Shown here: one piece after another, positions 37,795 through 49,220 of the stretch | How the letters are laid out: each line of letters begins with the position of its first letter | Position numbering within the stretch: the first letter of the stretch is position 1 | Source of the DNA: Squalus acanthias | Lineage: Eukaryota | Assembly (NCBI GenBank): GCA_030390025.1 | Contig: CM059435.1 | Span: 51,584,001 to 51,648,000, forward strand | DNA: 64,000 bases | Direction: 5' to 3' | Made by a program: the position numbers and the translations under genes | Notes under the pieces: model-generated | Told to the model about the DNA's origin: nothing | Seen by the model: the letters and a program-made list of their open reading frames with translations, nothing else | Database searches by the model: none

Positions 37795-40684
37795 TTTTTT
37801 TTATTCGATTATGGGATGTGGGCGTCGCTGGCAAGGCCAGCATTTATTGCCCATCCCTAATTGCCCTTGAGAAGGTGGTGATGAGCCTCCTCCTTGAACC
37901 GCTGCAGTCCGTGTGGTGAAGGTACTCCCATAGTGCTGTTAGGGAGGGAGTTCCAGGGTTTTGACCCAGAGACGATGAAGGATCGGCGATATACTTCGAA
38001 GTCAGGATGGTGTGTGACTTGGAGGGGAACTTTGAGGTGATGGTGTTCCCATGCGTCTGCTGCACTTGTCCTTCTAGGTGGAAGAGGTCGCGGGTTTGGG
38101 AAGTGCTGCCGAAGAAGCCTTGGCGAGTTGCTGCAGTGCATCTTGTAGATGGTACACACTGCAGCCACGGTACGCCGGTGGTGGAAGGAGTGAATGTTTA
38201 AGGTAGTGGATAGGTTGCCAATCCAGCGGGCTGCTTTGTCCTGAATGGTGTTGAGCTTCTTGAGTGTTGTTGGAGCTGCACTCATCCAGGCAAGTGGAGA
38301 GTATTCCATCACACTCCTTACTTGTGCCTTGTAGATGGTGGAAAGGCTTTGGGGAGTCAGGAGGTGAGACACTTGCTGCAGAATACCCAGCCTCTGACCT
38401 GCTCTTGTTGCCACAGTATTTATGTGGCTGGTCCAGTTAAGTTTCTGGTCAATGGTGACCCCCCAGGATGTTGATGGTGGGGGATTCGGCGATGGTAATG
38501 CCATTGAATGTCAAGGGGAGGTGGTTAGACTCTCGCTTGTTGGAGATAGTCATTGCCTGGCACTTATGTGGCGCAAATGTTACCTTCCACTTATCAGCCC
38601 AAGCCTGAACGTCATCCAGGTCTTGTTGCATGCGGGCATGGACTGCTTCATTATCTGACGAGTTGTGAATGGCACTGAACACTGTGCAGTCATCAACGAA
38701 CATCCCCATTTCTGACCTTATGTTGGAGGGAAGGTCGTTGATGAAGCAGCTGAAGATGTTGAGCCTAGGACACTGCCTTGAGGAACTCCTGCAGTGATGC
38801 CCTGGGATGATTGACCTTCAACCACCACCCTTTGTGCTAGGTATGACTCCAGCCAGTGGAGAGTTTTTCCCCCGATTCCCATTGATTTCAGTTTTACTCG
38901 GGCTCCTTGATGCCACACTTGGTCAAATGCTGCCTTGATGTCTAGCGCCGTCACTCTCACCTACCCTCTGGAATTCAGCTCCTTTGTCCATGTTTGGACC
39001 AAGGCTGTAATAAGGTCGGGAGCCAAGTGGTCTTGGTGGAACCCAAACTGAGCATCAGTGAGCAGGTGCCACTTCATAGCACTGTTGATGACACCTTCCA
39101 TTACTTTGCTGACATTTTAGAGTAGACTGATGGGGTGGTAATTGTCCTGCTTTTTGTGGACAGGACACACCTGGGCAGTTTTCCACATTGTCGGATAGAT
39201 GCCAGTGTTGTAGCTGTAGTGGAACAGCTTGGCTAGAGGCGCGGCTAGTTCTGGAGCACAAGTCTTCAGCACGATAGCCGCGATGTTGTTGTGGCCCATA
39301 GCCTTTGCTGTATCCAGTGCACTCAGCCGTTTCTTGATATCACGCGGAGTGAATTGAATTGGCTGAAGACTGGCTTCTGTGATGGTGTGTCCTCCGGAGT
39401 AGGCCAATATGAATCATCCATCCACTTGGCACTTCTGGCTGAAAATGCTTCAGCCTTGTCTTTTGCACTCACATGCTGGGCTCCACCATCATTGAGGATG
39501 GGGATATTCATAGAGCCACCTCCTCCCGTTAGTTGTTTAAATTTTTAGTTACACCTGGTGGTACTCCTGGCATGCTCTTCTACACTCCTTATTGAACCAG
39601 GGTTGGTCCCCTGGCTTGATGGTAATGGTAGAGTGAGGGATATACCAGGCCATGAGGTTACAGATTGTGGTGTAATACAATTCTGCCACTGCCCCACCTG
39701 GATGCCCAGTTTTAAGCTGCTAGATCTGTTCTGAATCTATCCCATTTAGCACGGTGGTAGTGCCACACAACACAATGGAGGGTGTCCTCAGTGTGAAGAC
39801 GGGACTTTGTCTCCACAATGACGGTGGTCACTGCTACCAATACTGTCATGGCAGATGCATCTGCGACAGGTAGATTGGTGAGGACGAGTAGGTTTTTCCC
39901 TCGTGTTGGTTCTCTGGCATCTATGTCTTTCAGGTGCGACTGAACCACTCTTGGTGATAGACATTGAAGTCCCCCACCCAGAGTACATTCTGTGCCCTTG
40001 CTACTCTCAGTGCTTTTTCCAAGTGGTGTTCAACATGGAGGAGTACTGATTCATCAGCTGAGGGAGGGCAGTAGGATTTCCTTGCCCATTCTTGACCTGA
40101 AGCCATGAGACTTCCAGGGACACTCCTTCCCGACTGTATATATATATATATAAACCACTGTGCCGCCACCCCTGGTAGGTCTGTTCTGCCGTTGGACAGG
40201 ACATACCCAGGGATGGTGATGGAGGAGTTTGGGGCTGAGTATGACTATGTCAGGCTGTTGCTTGACTAGTCTGTGGGACAGCTCTCCCAATTTTGGCACA
40301 AGTCCCCAAGATGTTGGTGAGGGTCGACTGGACTGGGTGTGCCGAGGTCAGGTGGTCCATCCGGTTTTTACAATTGAGTGGATTGCTAGGCCATTTCAGA
40401 GGGCAGTTAAGAGTCAACCACATTGCTATGGGTCTGGAATCACATGTAGGCCAGACCAGGTAAGGACAGCAGATTTCAATGACATTAGTAAACCAGATGG
40501 GTTTTACGACAATCCGATAGTTTCACGGTTACCATTACTGATACTAGCTTTTTATTCCAGATTTATTGAATTAACTGAATTTAAATTCCCCAGCTGCCGT
40601 GGTGGGATTTGAACTCATATCTCTGGATCATTAGTCCAGGCCTCTGGATTACTAACCCAGTGACATTACCACTATGCTACCGTT
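37795..40684 (-). mobile_element. Full-span but decayed APE-RT non-LTR retrotransposon with a tRNA-derived 5' head
   Basis: Minus strand: A box TAGCATAGTGG, B box GAGTTCAAATCC, ~300-nt body, APE (PDIVIL, WVGDFN), RT (ALDIKAAFD, GVPQGSVLG, MFVDD), AATAAA and A tail; TSD CTCTGC (37789-37794, 40685-40690). Confidence 0.9.
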
Positions 40685-41440
40685 CTCTGCGTTGGTCTCA
40701 CCTTCCCCATGATCCCACATGCTCTAAGTTTCAGTGCACCTTCCAATTCCTTTCATTGTCTTTATGCAATCTCTGAATATGGGCTCGCTACACATGTTTT
40801 AGGGGAAGTGCAAGTGGAGTAATTTAGTGAAAAGATCCCTTAACTAACAAGCTAAATTCAACTTGCGCACAGAATCTCAATGTCCCGACACTAGGGTGTA
40901 ATTCTGGGAGGAGTACAAAACACAAACTATTACAAATACCACTTATTCCTCATGCTCACACACTCATTTTGCCTGTGAGATAAATGTATGAATTTCTACA
41001 TATGAATTTCTTTAAAATGATAAAAAATGAAAATGAAAAATTGGTTGGCAATACTTCAATATTCTTTGATCAACTGTTAAATGTCGATGTGTATGTTTGG
41101 ATACAAGTGTATGCATATTCATTTCCTCAACATCTCAATTATAGACATCTGTATCACAAGACAATACAAATACAATGATCAGACCAGATGTCTGCTTTAA
41201 CATGGCAAACGGGATCTTCTTAGTTTTCTTTGCCCTGACAGAAAGGCTGGCCTCTGTACAATGTTTAACAGTGGACTGACCAAGAACTGATGAAACTCAC
41301 CCAACTGAAAGTAGCAATGAGAATTGAACTTCCACATTCTGGTTGGGAATCAACTGGTCCTCCTGATTCAACCACTGGACCATCCCTGCTATGGTCAATA
41401 TCAGTGGATTACTAACACTTTATGGTTTTGTTTTCTCTAG

Positions 41441-41535
41441 GACATGGAGGTCACGAGCTGACCAAAAGCCACAAAGATGCTGCATTTATCAACCTTTATA
41501 AAAATCTGAATGCTTATGAGCAATATCACAATTAA
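41441..41535 (+). other. Candidate alternative terminal exon of cdh22
   Basis: TACTAAC branch point 41410-41416, T-rich tract, AG 41439-41440; the phase-1 frame is open for 31 codons to TAA, overlapping ATTAAA 41531-41536. Prediction only. Confidence 0.3.
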
Positions 41536-42261
41536 ACATTTTAATAGTTTATAATAATTAAAGAGCCTTGAAGTTTAATGTAATGTGCATCTTTGCATGA
41601 GTGGTTTAACCAGGTTATCATTGCAACACTGAACAGAGGCCACAATCTCATTCTGGTTGATACATTGGATATATGTTCATCTTCTTAGTGGAGTGGTTGT
41701 AAAAGGCATTAAAGCGTAGCCTAAAAGGGTGGCAAGGTATTATTGAAGAGAAGTCTAAATATATTTATCAATGTTTGCACCATGTTACTTGAAGTGAGGA
41801 GATAATGAGACTAATTTCAAATACTACTTGAAGGCATGGTGTGTGAGAAGCAAAGTTAATCCAATTTATCATCGTCAATGAGCAGAAAGATACATTTCAT
41901 TTGCTGTACTTCAATCACTTGCAAACACATACAGATCGGTCTCTTTTTCAAGGCTAAGACGATAGCTTCTTGAGTTATGTTTATGGGATTGAACATTATT
42001 TTTATTTGCTGCTAGACATTGCCAAACTGAAACTGAAGAGCAAGGTAAAGCTTAGTTGGGTAGGGTGAGAAGACATTGAGCAGTGTTTAAATTCAGACCA
42101 GCAGTACACGGGTTACTGCTATCAACAGCCTTATCGGGGTCCAGCTAGAGTAGTTGCAACAGAATTCCGAAGTCTGTGAATAGTCTGTGATCTTTCAGCT
42201 ATGTGCAACATTTAAGATACATTGGTTCTAACCAGTATTATTTAACTTTTGCTTCTTTTAG

Positions 42262-42513
42262 AAAATACAGCTGGAATTCTAGCCCACAGAAATGGCTTTA
42301 ACCGTCAAGAACAGGACATCTACTTTCTCCCAATTCTTGTGGTCGACAGTGGACCACCGGCCTTGAGCAGCACAGGTACCCTCACCATCCGGGTGTGTGG
42401 GTGTGACAGCGATGGAACCATACAGTCATGCAATGCCACAGCTTATGTTGTATCCACTGTCCTGAGTCCAGGGGCACTCATAGCTCTGCTAGTCTGTATT
42501 CTTATACTGATAG
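42262..42513 (+). CDS. cdh22: Cadherin-22 penultimate coding exon (EC5 C-terminal half and TM)
   Basis: TTTTGCTTCTTTTAG acceptor, G|GTAAGC donor, 252 nt phase 1-1 as in type II cadherins. [44 protein letters not shown] and [12 protein letters not shown] match mammalian CDH22 as I recall it. Confidence 0.95.
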
Positions 42514-42714
42514 GTAAGCAAATAATATGATTCATTAAATTAAGGAGCAGTTATTTTTGGCAGTCCCACTAGGAGCCTTAAGCTTGAATTAAATAAAATA
42601 TATGCACCCAGTATATAGCTGGCACTAGCTTAAATATTGAATATATATTTGATGAATATTAACTTTTTTGAGGGGTATTGTGTGTTTATTATCCTTTCAC
42701 CTCCATGTTTGAAT

Positions 42715-43130
42715 TTTAACTCGAGAGTTTAGAAGAATGAGAGGTGATCACATTGAAACGCATAAAATTCGTAAGGGGCTTGACATGGTAGATGCCAGGA
42801 GGATGTTTCCCCTGGCGAGCGAGTCTAGAACAAGGGGACACAGTCTCAGAATAAGGGGTCGGCCATTTAGGACTGAGCTAAGGAGAAATTTCTTCACTCA
42901 GAGGGTGGTGAATCTTTGGAATTCTCTACCCCAGAGGGCTGTGGATGCTCAGTTGTTGAGTATATTTAAGACAGAGATCGATAGATTTTTGGATACTAAG
43001 GGCACCAAGGGATATGGAGATAGCGCGGGAAGGTGGAGTTGAGCTAGAAGATCAGCCATGATCTTATTGAATGGCGAAGCAGGCTCGAAGGGCTGAATGC
43101 TCGACTCCTGATCATATATCTTGTGTTCTT
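42715..43130 (+). mobile_element. CR1 3' fragment in the last cdh22 intron
   Basis: MRGDHIETHKI...RTRGHSLRIRGRPFRTELRRNFFTQRVVNLWNSLPQ. Confidence 0.9.
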
Positions 43131-44462
43131 AACTCCATCCCAGATTGAGGGACTTATCCCTCTGTTGACTATATCTGTACTATTGTTCTACTATTGGGAA
43201 TGAGTTTCAGATGGTCACAGTCAAGTTCTCAGTAATTATGAGACCTCAGTACAAAGCTGCCAATGGATGAGTGCCAATCTGCAGGCTCCCTGAAGAGAGG
43301 ACATGTGGATAACTGGTACAGAAGATGGGATTGACACACTGGTGCAAGCTTGGGTTAAAGGATATTGTTGGGGCAAAGTAGAACCAGCTTTACTCTGCAC
43401 ATAGACCATGCTATACGTATTGTTCATTAACTTACACTGGCATCCCAGACTATGATCAACTTAAAAATTCACTAAGAAAGCACAAAGCAAAATGGAGATA
43501 CTAGAAGTTGAAAGCTGAAGTTGCCTTTCACTAACCAACAGGGATAACTTGAAAAGTTAACTACCGATATATGCTGAAAACATATAAATGAGACATTTGC
43601 ATGAGTCAGGAATAGTTACATATGTAACCCTCGAGTGTCCATACCTCCACAATACATCTTACTGTACCCCTCAACTGTCCCCATTTAATATGAGTCAATC
43701 GTGTCCCACTATCCCGACTTTGGAGCAACATTAAGATGTCCTCCGGGCCTAAAGATTTTAGACCTAAAATTTTGTTTTGGTGTTCAGGAAAAAGCAACGC
43801 CAAAATACTGTGAACTGGGTGATGCAAACTTAGATATCAATCACTCTCAGACTTAATCTAGGCGGTAAACCCCAGACAGTTCCTTAGTTGAGTTGAGGGG
43901 GTTAAAGATTTGTCTGGTTCCTTGACATATAGTTCTCAGGATACCAAAACCCAGAGTTCATACAAGGGAATTGGATGAGTTCCTGTTTCAGTGGGCAGTA
44001 AAGGGGTAAGAGTTTGCGATAGAATGAGAAAAAAAACATCATCTTCGGGTTCTGAATCCAGACCTGGTTGGGCTGAATGTCATTTTATCATAGTTCATTC
44101 TTTTTCATTATGCTTTTTATTGTGATGTAACCATATCTAGTTAGGACTACTTGGATGAGAATCCTGGAATCTGGGGGAAGGGGTGCCAGAGGAACAGAGT
44201 GTAGGGTCCTTCTGGATCAGTGATCTGGAAGGGGCCAAATGGCATCCTTCATCCATATCTTTCTTGTGTTCCTGTGAAAAGTGGCAGAAATCTGTGTTCA
44301 AGTTGAAGTTCCGCCTTGGACATACTTAGAACTGAAAGCAGCTTCCACTTCAGCACATTGTAATTTACGTGGCTCCAATCTGGGATCAGGTAGGGTGGGC
44401 TGGGTTCAATTTCATTCATTTGGAAGCTAGCCACTAACATGATGCCTTTTGCTTTCTTGCAG

Positions 44463-44959
44463 TACTTGTCCTCCTCATCTTGACTCTGAAGAGACACAGA
44501 AAGGGTCACATGATCTCAGAGGACGAGGAAGACATGCGCGACAACGTAATTAAGTACAACGACGAAGGAGGAGGGGAGGAAGACACCGAGGCCTACGACA
44601 TGACGACGTTACGAAGTCTGTACGATTTCACAGAAGTCAAAGCAGACGGAGAAAACGTGACCCCTGAACTTCATTCTCTGCCCCAATGGTTTCAGAATCC
44701 GGATGCAGATTTTTCCATTTTCAGGAGTTTTGTCTGTAAAAAGCTCGAAGAGGCTGATGCCGATCTCTCTGTTCCTCCGTACGACTCTTTTCAAACGTAT
44801 GCATATGAAGGCACAGACTCAGTGGCTCAGTCGCTCAGCTCCATTAACTCTCTGTCCACTGACTCAGATCAGGACTATAACTACCTCAGTGACTGGGGGC
44901 CTCGATTTAGGCAGCTCGCTGGACTTTACTCAGGAAATCAGGCAGATGACGGATCCTAG
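44463..44959 (+). CDS. cdh22: Cadherin-22 last coding exon (end of TM, p120- and beta-catenin-binding cytoplasmic domain)
   Basis: CACTAAC branch point, CTTTTGCTTTCTTGCAG acceptor. VLVLLILTLKRH..EDMRDNVIKYNDEGGGEEDTEAYDM..LRSLYDF and DLSVPPYDSFQTYAYEG..DWGPRFR.LA.LY are CDH22-specific wording. TAG at 44957-44959. Confidence 0.95.
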
Positions 44960-45020
44960 CATCCGACAGCTAAACTGCCAGTTCCTTTTGCTTCATTGCA
45001 AAAATAGTACAATCACTCCC

Positions 45021-45196
45021 AATAAAACGGTGCAGCTTTAATCTTAAAAGCTGACACTTGGATCATCCAGGAAAGTAAAAAAAAAAATAACTTTCCTCTT
45101 CAAAAAATAAACATTATCTTCTCCAACTAAAGTTCCAAATCTGGGAATTGGCCAGTCTTTCTGAATCAGTTATTGTGGTAAAACATTGCCAATAAA
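45021..45196 (+). promoter_or_regulatory. Candidate cdh22 polyadenylation signals
   Basis: AATAAA at 45021, 45106 and 45191 (another at 45594); which one is used cannot be determined. Confidence 0.35.
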
Positions 45197-45936
45197 ATGG
45201 TGACTGTTCACACAATATGCTGGCAATGTTCCCAGTGCAGTATCTTGACAAATCTCCCTCCTTCAATACATTAAAAGGCTTGGCAGCTACAGTGAAGGTA
45301 TCACTCTAGTAATGTGTGATGGTACAAATTTGAATACAACAGGCCAGGCCACTTCTGATCATGAAGTGACGCTGGTGTCTACAAGTTGACGTGGAAACCA
45401 AGAACGTCACTCTCAGTGAACCAACATTTTGGTTCTGTGAAGTTTCCGGTTTTGAAATTCTGTTCAATTTATTTGACTGATTATTTAAAATAATTTTGTT
45501 GAAGTCCTTATGAAATGACAGTGCTTACATGAGTGCTTTTTTTCTTGAAAAACATTCATACACACTGGCACAGCTACAAAACATTGACTGCGTAATAAAG
45601 TGGCAGTGCCAGTCCGAATTAATGACCAGTGCCCTGACTGGATAACTGGCCATGGTCAAAAGGTGACACCAAGTTTCACAAGTTGGCTGTAGATTTCTCG
45701 GAAGTGCTTGCACCATGGCACGGCAGAATGAAAGCAATTCCAGCCAAATTGCAAACATGAATTGGAAAAATATTCATCAAAAAACAAAAAGTTAAAGGGA
45801 CAGAAAATGGGCACGAAGACAGTCTTTGAAAGCTTGCTTTACTGCAGTTGAAATTAGCCATCGAGGTTACATCCATGAGGGAAATGCATTCACTGTAACC
45901 TCACCTGGCCACCAGGTTGGCAGACCAGTCGTAACA

Positions 45937-47004
45937 TGTATAAACTGAAATGCGGAATTCTGCGATCTTGAACTTCGTGAGGATTTGTGCATTTCTCCCT
46001 CGAATGCATTGCACCCCCAATGTATCTGTGTAAACAATTCTCTGTGCTCGGGTTGAAGGGCAGTGCAAGCACAAATGCTGATGTGACTCGTGTTGACAAG
46101 ACAGTGATAAACCAGGGCCACTGGTTTATGGCGACTGCCAGTTGCTCACTCCACTCAAGTCTCTGAATGAGTCGATTTCTGTTATTATTTGGGATTCCGG
46201 GATTTTTACCGGGATCATACTCTGTGATTCGGTATGTTTTCCAGGTCTCTAAGATGTAAAGGGGCTGTTCACGTCTATGGGTGAATGAAGAAGTCAACTT
46301 ATGTTTTATTGCTTGGGATTCTGGGATTTTTACTAGTGATTTGAGGATCACGTTTTGTGATCCTGCCAGTTTATCCTTGTGAAAACCGCAACCCAGTGGC
46401 CTTGGTAATAACCAAAAATAGTTGGACGACTTTTTCTCGGATTTCTAAAGGTTATCGTGATTTATATTTTTTCCTAGCTGCCCTTCCAGCGAGCTTGATA
46501 TCTTGAATTCACCATCGGAGCTTCAGACCCTTCATAACTGCTGTGCCAGAACAGATGGAGGTCCTGACCTCCATTAACACATCCTCATCACTTTGGATTC
46601 CCAGCCGTACCTGCTGTTGTTTTGTTCGGTTGCTGGAGCTCACTGGTTTGAGGAATTTTTTATCCGTATATTTGGAGCAACCATCTCTGCTTCTAGGACA
46701 CCAACGCAGTAGTGGAAGCGTGAGGTGGCAATTTGCTCGGTCTGGGTTCCATTCTTCCCTTTCTGAACCAACTTACTTCTGGACTCCCTCATCCTAGAGT
46801 ATAATGCATCTCGAGGGTTGACGTTCAAACCAGCCCTGCTCGGTGTCACAGACCCCCATCAACCCTCGACAAGGCAGTCAACCAAATTCACTTCTTTCCT
46901 GCTAGGACCTCTGGATATTTGAGGCTTAATATATCACAAGCTCACGGCGATGCGTACTGTAGTATTCTTTAACTATAAAATGCAACGCAACCCTATGTGT
47001 CACA
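45937..47004 (-). mobile_element. Possible solo LTR or unclassified element
   Basis: TGT...ACA ends with AACA on both sides (45933-45936, 47005-47008); minus-strand TATA-like (~46465) and AATAAA (46305-46310); internal ~28-bp direct repeat. Left boundary uncertain. Confidence 0.3.
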
Positions 47005-47597
47005 AACAATCATGAGAGTGTTGAATGGAGACAGACTTTCCCCAGCTAGGATGCCCCACAGATAGACTACCACCCTTCAGAATAAATGTCAGATGTCAAG
47101 AGGAAGAAACAGACCGAACATTCCTGACAGCTTAAGCCCTAGGCCACGTTAGAGTTCAGAAAGCATGACTTTTTATACAGAAAGATGCTGTCATAAGGTC
47201 TAGTATGTGAAATGCAAGTATATGTGTCAGTTTCTCTTTTGCTGTAAAATATGACAGAATTGGTACTATTTTGTACTCCCCCTGGTATAGTGATTAAAAG
47301 TAGTAAGAGGTAAATATTTCTGGTGCTATGTTCAATATTTAAAAATGGGGTAATCAGAAAATAAAACTTTCAATATTCATCTTTCATGTGACTTTTAACG
47401 TTTCTTACCGTGAAGCTAAAAGTTTAAAATCATGAAGATATTCTTGGATTTTTTTTTGAGGGGGAAGCCCAGGTGAAAGTGATGGGCAAGGCTCATGGTG
47501 CAGGAAAGAGTAGGACAGGGAGAGATAAGTGAAGCAGCAGCAGTTAGTGACTCAATGCTCGGGTTTTAGGAAGGAGGCCGGGAGTTTCATAGTTTAG

Positions 47598-47740
47598 AGT
47601 AAAAACAGAAAATGCTGGCGACACTCAGCCGGTCAAGCAGCAGAGAGAGAGAAAATAAAAAAGAGTGTTAACGTTTCAGGTTGATGACCTTTCATCAGAA
47701 CTGGAAGATGTTAGAGATAAGCAGCTTTTAAGCAAGTACC
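47598..47740 (-). mobile_element. Penelope-like element terminal fragment
   Basis: AAAACAGAAAATGCTGG..CTCAGC.GGTCA.GCAGCA homologous to 14985-15074; contains a hammerhead motif. Confidence 0.75.
47667..47701 (-). ncRNA. Minimal type I hammerhead ribozyme motif (second PLE family)
   Basis: GTT-CTGATGA-A-AGGT-CATCA-ACCT-GAAA-CGT-T-AAC: stem I GTT/AAC, stem II AGGT/ACCT, palindromic ACGT. Confidence 0.7.
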
Positions 47741-48749
47741 TTAGTTTGGAGGTCTGGGAAAGAATGAGCTCGAGTAGCAGAGTAAATGATGAGTCTCGAT
47801 TTAAATAGTGGGGATACAGAGAGCAGCAAGAACCTGTAGGACAGTGAATTTGAAGCTTTGAAGGCAGGATAGTTCCGAAGAACTATAACCAGAGCTGTAT
47901 CAGTAAAATGGAAAGAGACAATGGGGGTTTTAACTTGGCAGGGGGACACAAGATAGGAGGTCGCAGATCAGTTGCCCCTTATACACCCCGCCAGATATTC
48001 CTTTCAAATTAAGTCAATGGAAAGGAGGATCGGGCGGGGTGTACAACAGGCGGGCGATTTTGCGGCTCGCCGAAGTTGAATTTCACCCCCAAAATCTTCA
48101 ATGTACGCAACAAAAGTTGTGACCATACATAAAGTCAATTAGCCATATTTTCCTCTGTTCACTCTCAGTGAAAAGTTGGCCTGAATATAAAACAGTTTCC
48201 TTGCTTTACATTCGCTCTAACCTTTTGTTAATTTTGGCAAAGAGATAAAAAATATTCCCCATTGTCTTTGTTAAATAAAGTAAGAGTCTTACTATAATTT
48301 GCTTGAAGGGGATAACAACTATGTACTGAAAAGCAAAGAATGAAACACTGAATAAATTTAAATTACATTTTGTTAAATACTCGAATGCCTTGAGATACAT
48401 TAACCCTCTCCCATGAAAAAGGGGCAAAAAGCCATTGCAAAATTAACCAAGGCTCTCAGCTACCATACAACAGGCCTTTTTTATACAAAAGACTTGAATT
48501 TAAATAGCACGGTTTCACAACTCAGAGCTTTACATACAATCAATTGCACTAACAAACTGACTGTTATCTGGGCAAACCAGCCGCCATCTTTGCACACAGC
48601 GGATCCCACAGACCTAAGTAAGATGAATGATCCATTTTTGGCGGTGGGAGGAAAGTTGCCAGGAAGGGCACCAGGGAAACTCTCAACTTTTCTTTTTTGA
48701 TCAAGAGCATGGGATATTTAGACTCCACCTAAAAAGGCAGACGGGACCT

Positions 48750-49220
48750 TGGTGTTGGCCTTGGCTCAGTGGTCAAACTCTCGCCTAGGTCAGAAGGTTG
48801 TGGGTTCAAGTCCTATTCCAGAGACTTGAACACAGAGTCTTGGCTGACACTCCAGTGCAGAACTGAGGGGGGGGAGTGCTGCACTGCCAGAGGTGCCAGC
48901 TTTCAGATGAAATGTTAAACCAAGGCCCGGTCTTCCCTCTCAGGTGGACATAAAAGATCCCATGGCACTATTCGAAGAAGAGCAGGGGAGTGCTCCCTGG
49001 TGTCCTAGCTAATATGTAACCCTCAAACACCACTAAAAACAACAGATTATCTGGTCATTATCATATTGCTGTTTGCAAGAGCTTGCTGTGCACAAATTGG
49101 CTGCCACATTCCCTGCATTACAACAGTGACTACACGTCAAAAAATACCTCATTGACTGTAAAGCGCTTTGGGATATCCTGAGGTCGTGAAAGGTGTTATA
49201 TAAATGCATGTTTCCTTTCT
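48750..49220 (+). mobile_element. Deu-domain tRNA SINE (SacSINE1-like), full length
   Basis: A box TGGCTCAGTGG, B box GGTTCAAGTCC, core AAAAGATCCCATGGCACTATTCGAAGAAGAGCAGGGGAG, L2-like tail. Confidence 0.9.

Noticed and set aside
40595-40684. Functional tRNA-Thr gene (also SINE heads at 14.1, 48.8 and 61.0 kb)
   Set aside because: No intact acceptor stem, a duplicated arm, and contiguity with retroelement bodies.
41287-41315. CTGATGA...GAAA hammerhead-like spacing (also at ~28566)
   Set aside because: No stem II or stem I complementarity.
42249-42530. ORF-track start and stop for the cadherin segments (also the start at 44480)
   Set aside because: True limits are splice sites at 42262/42513 and 44463; the listed starts are non-ATG artefacts.
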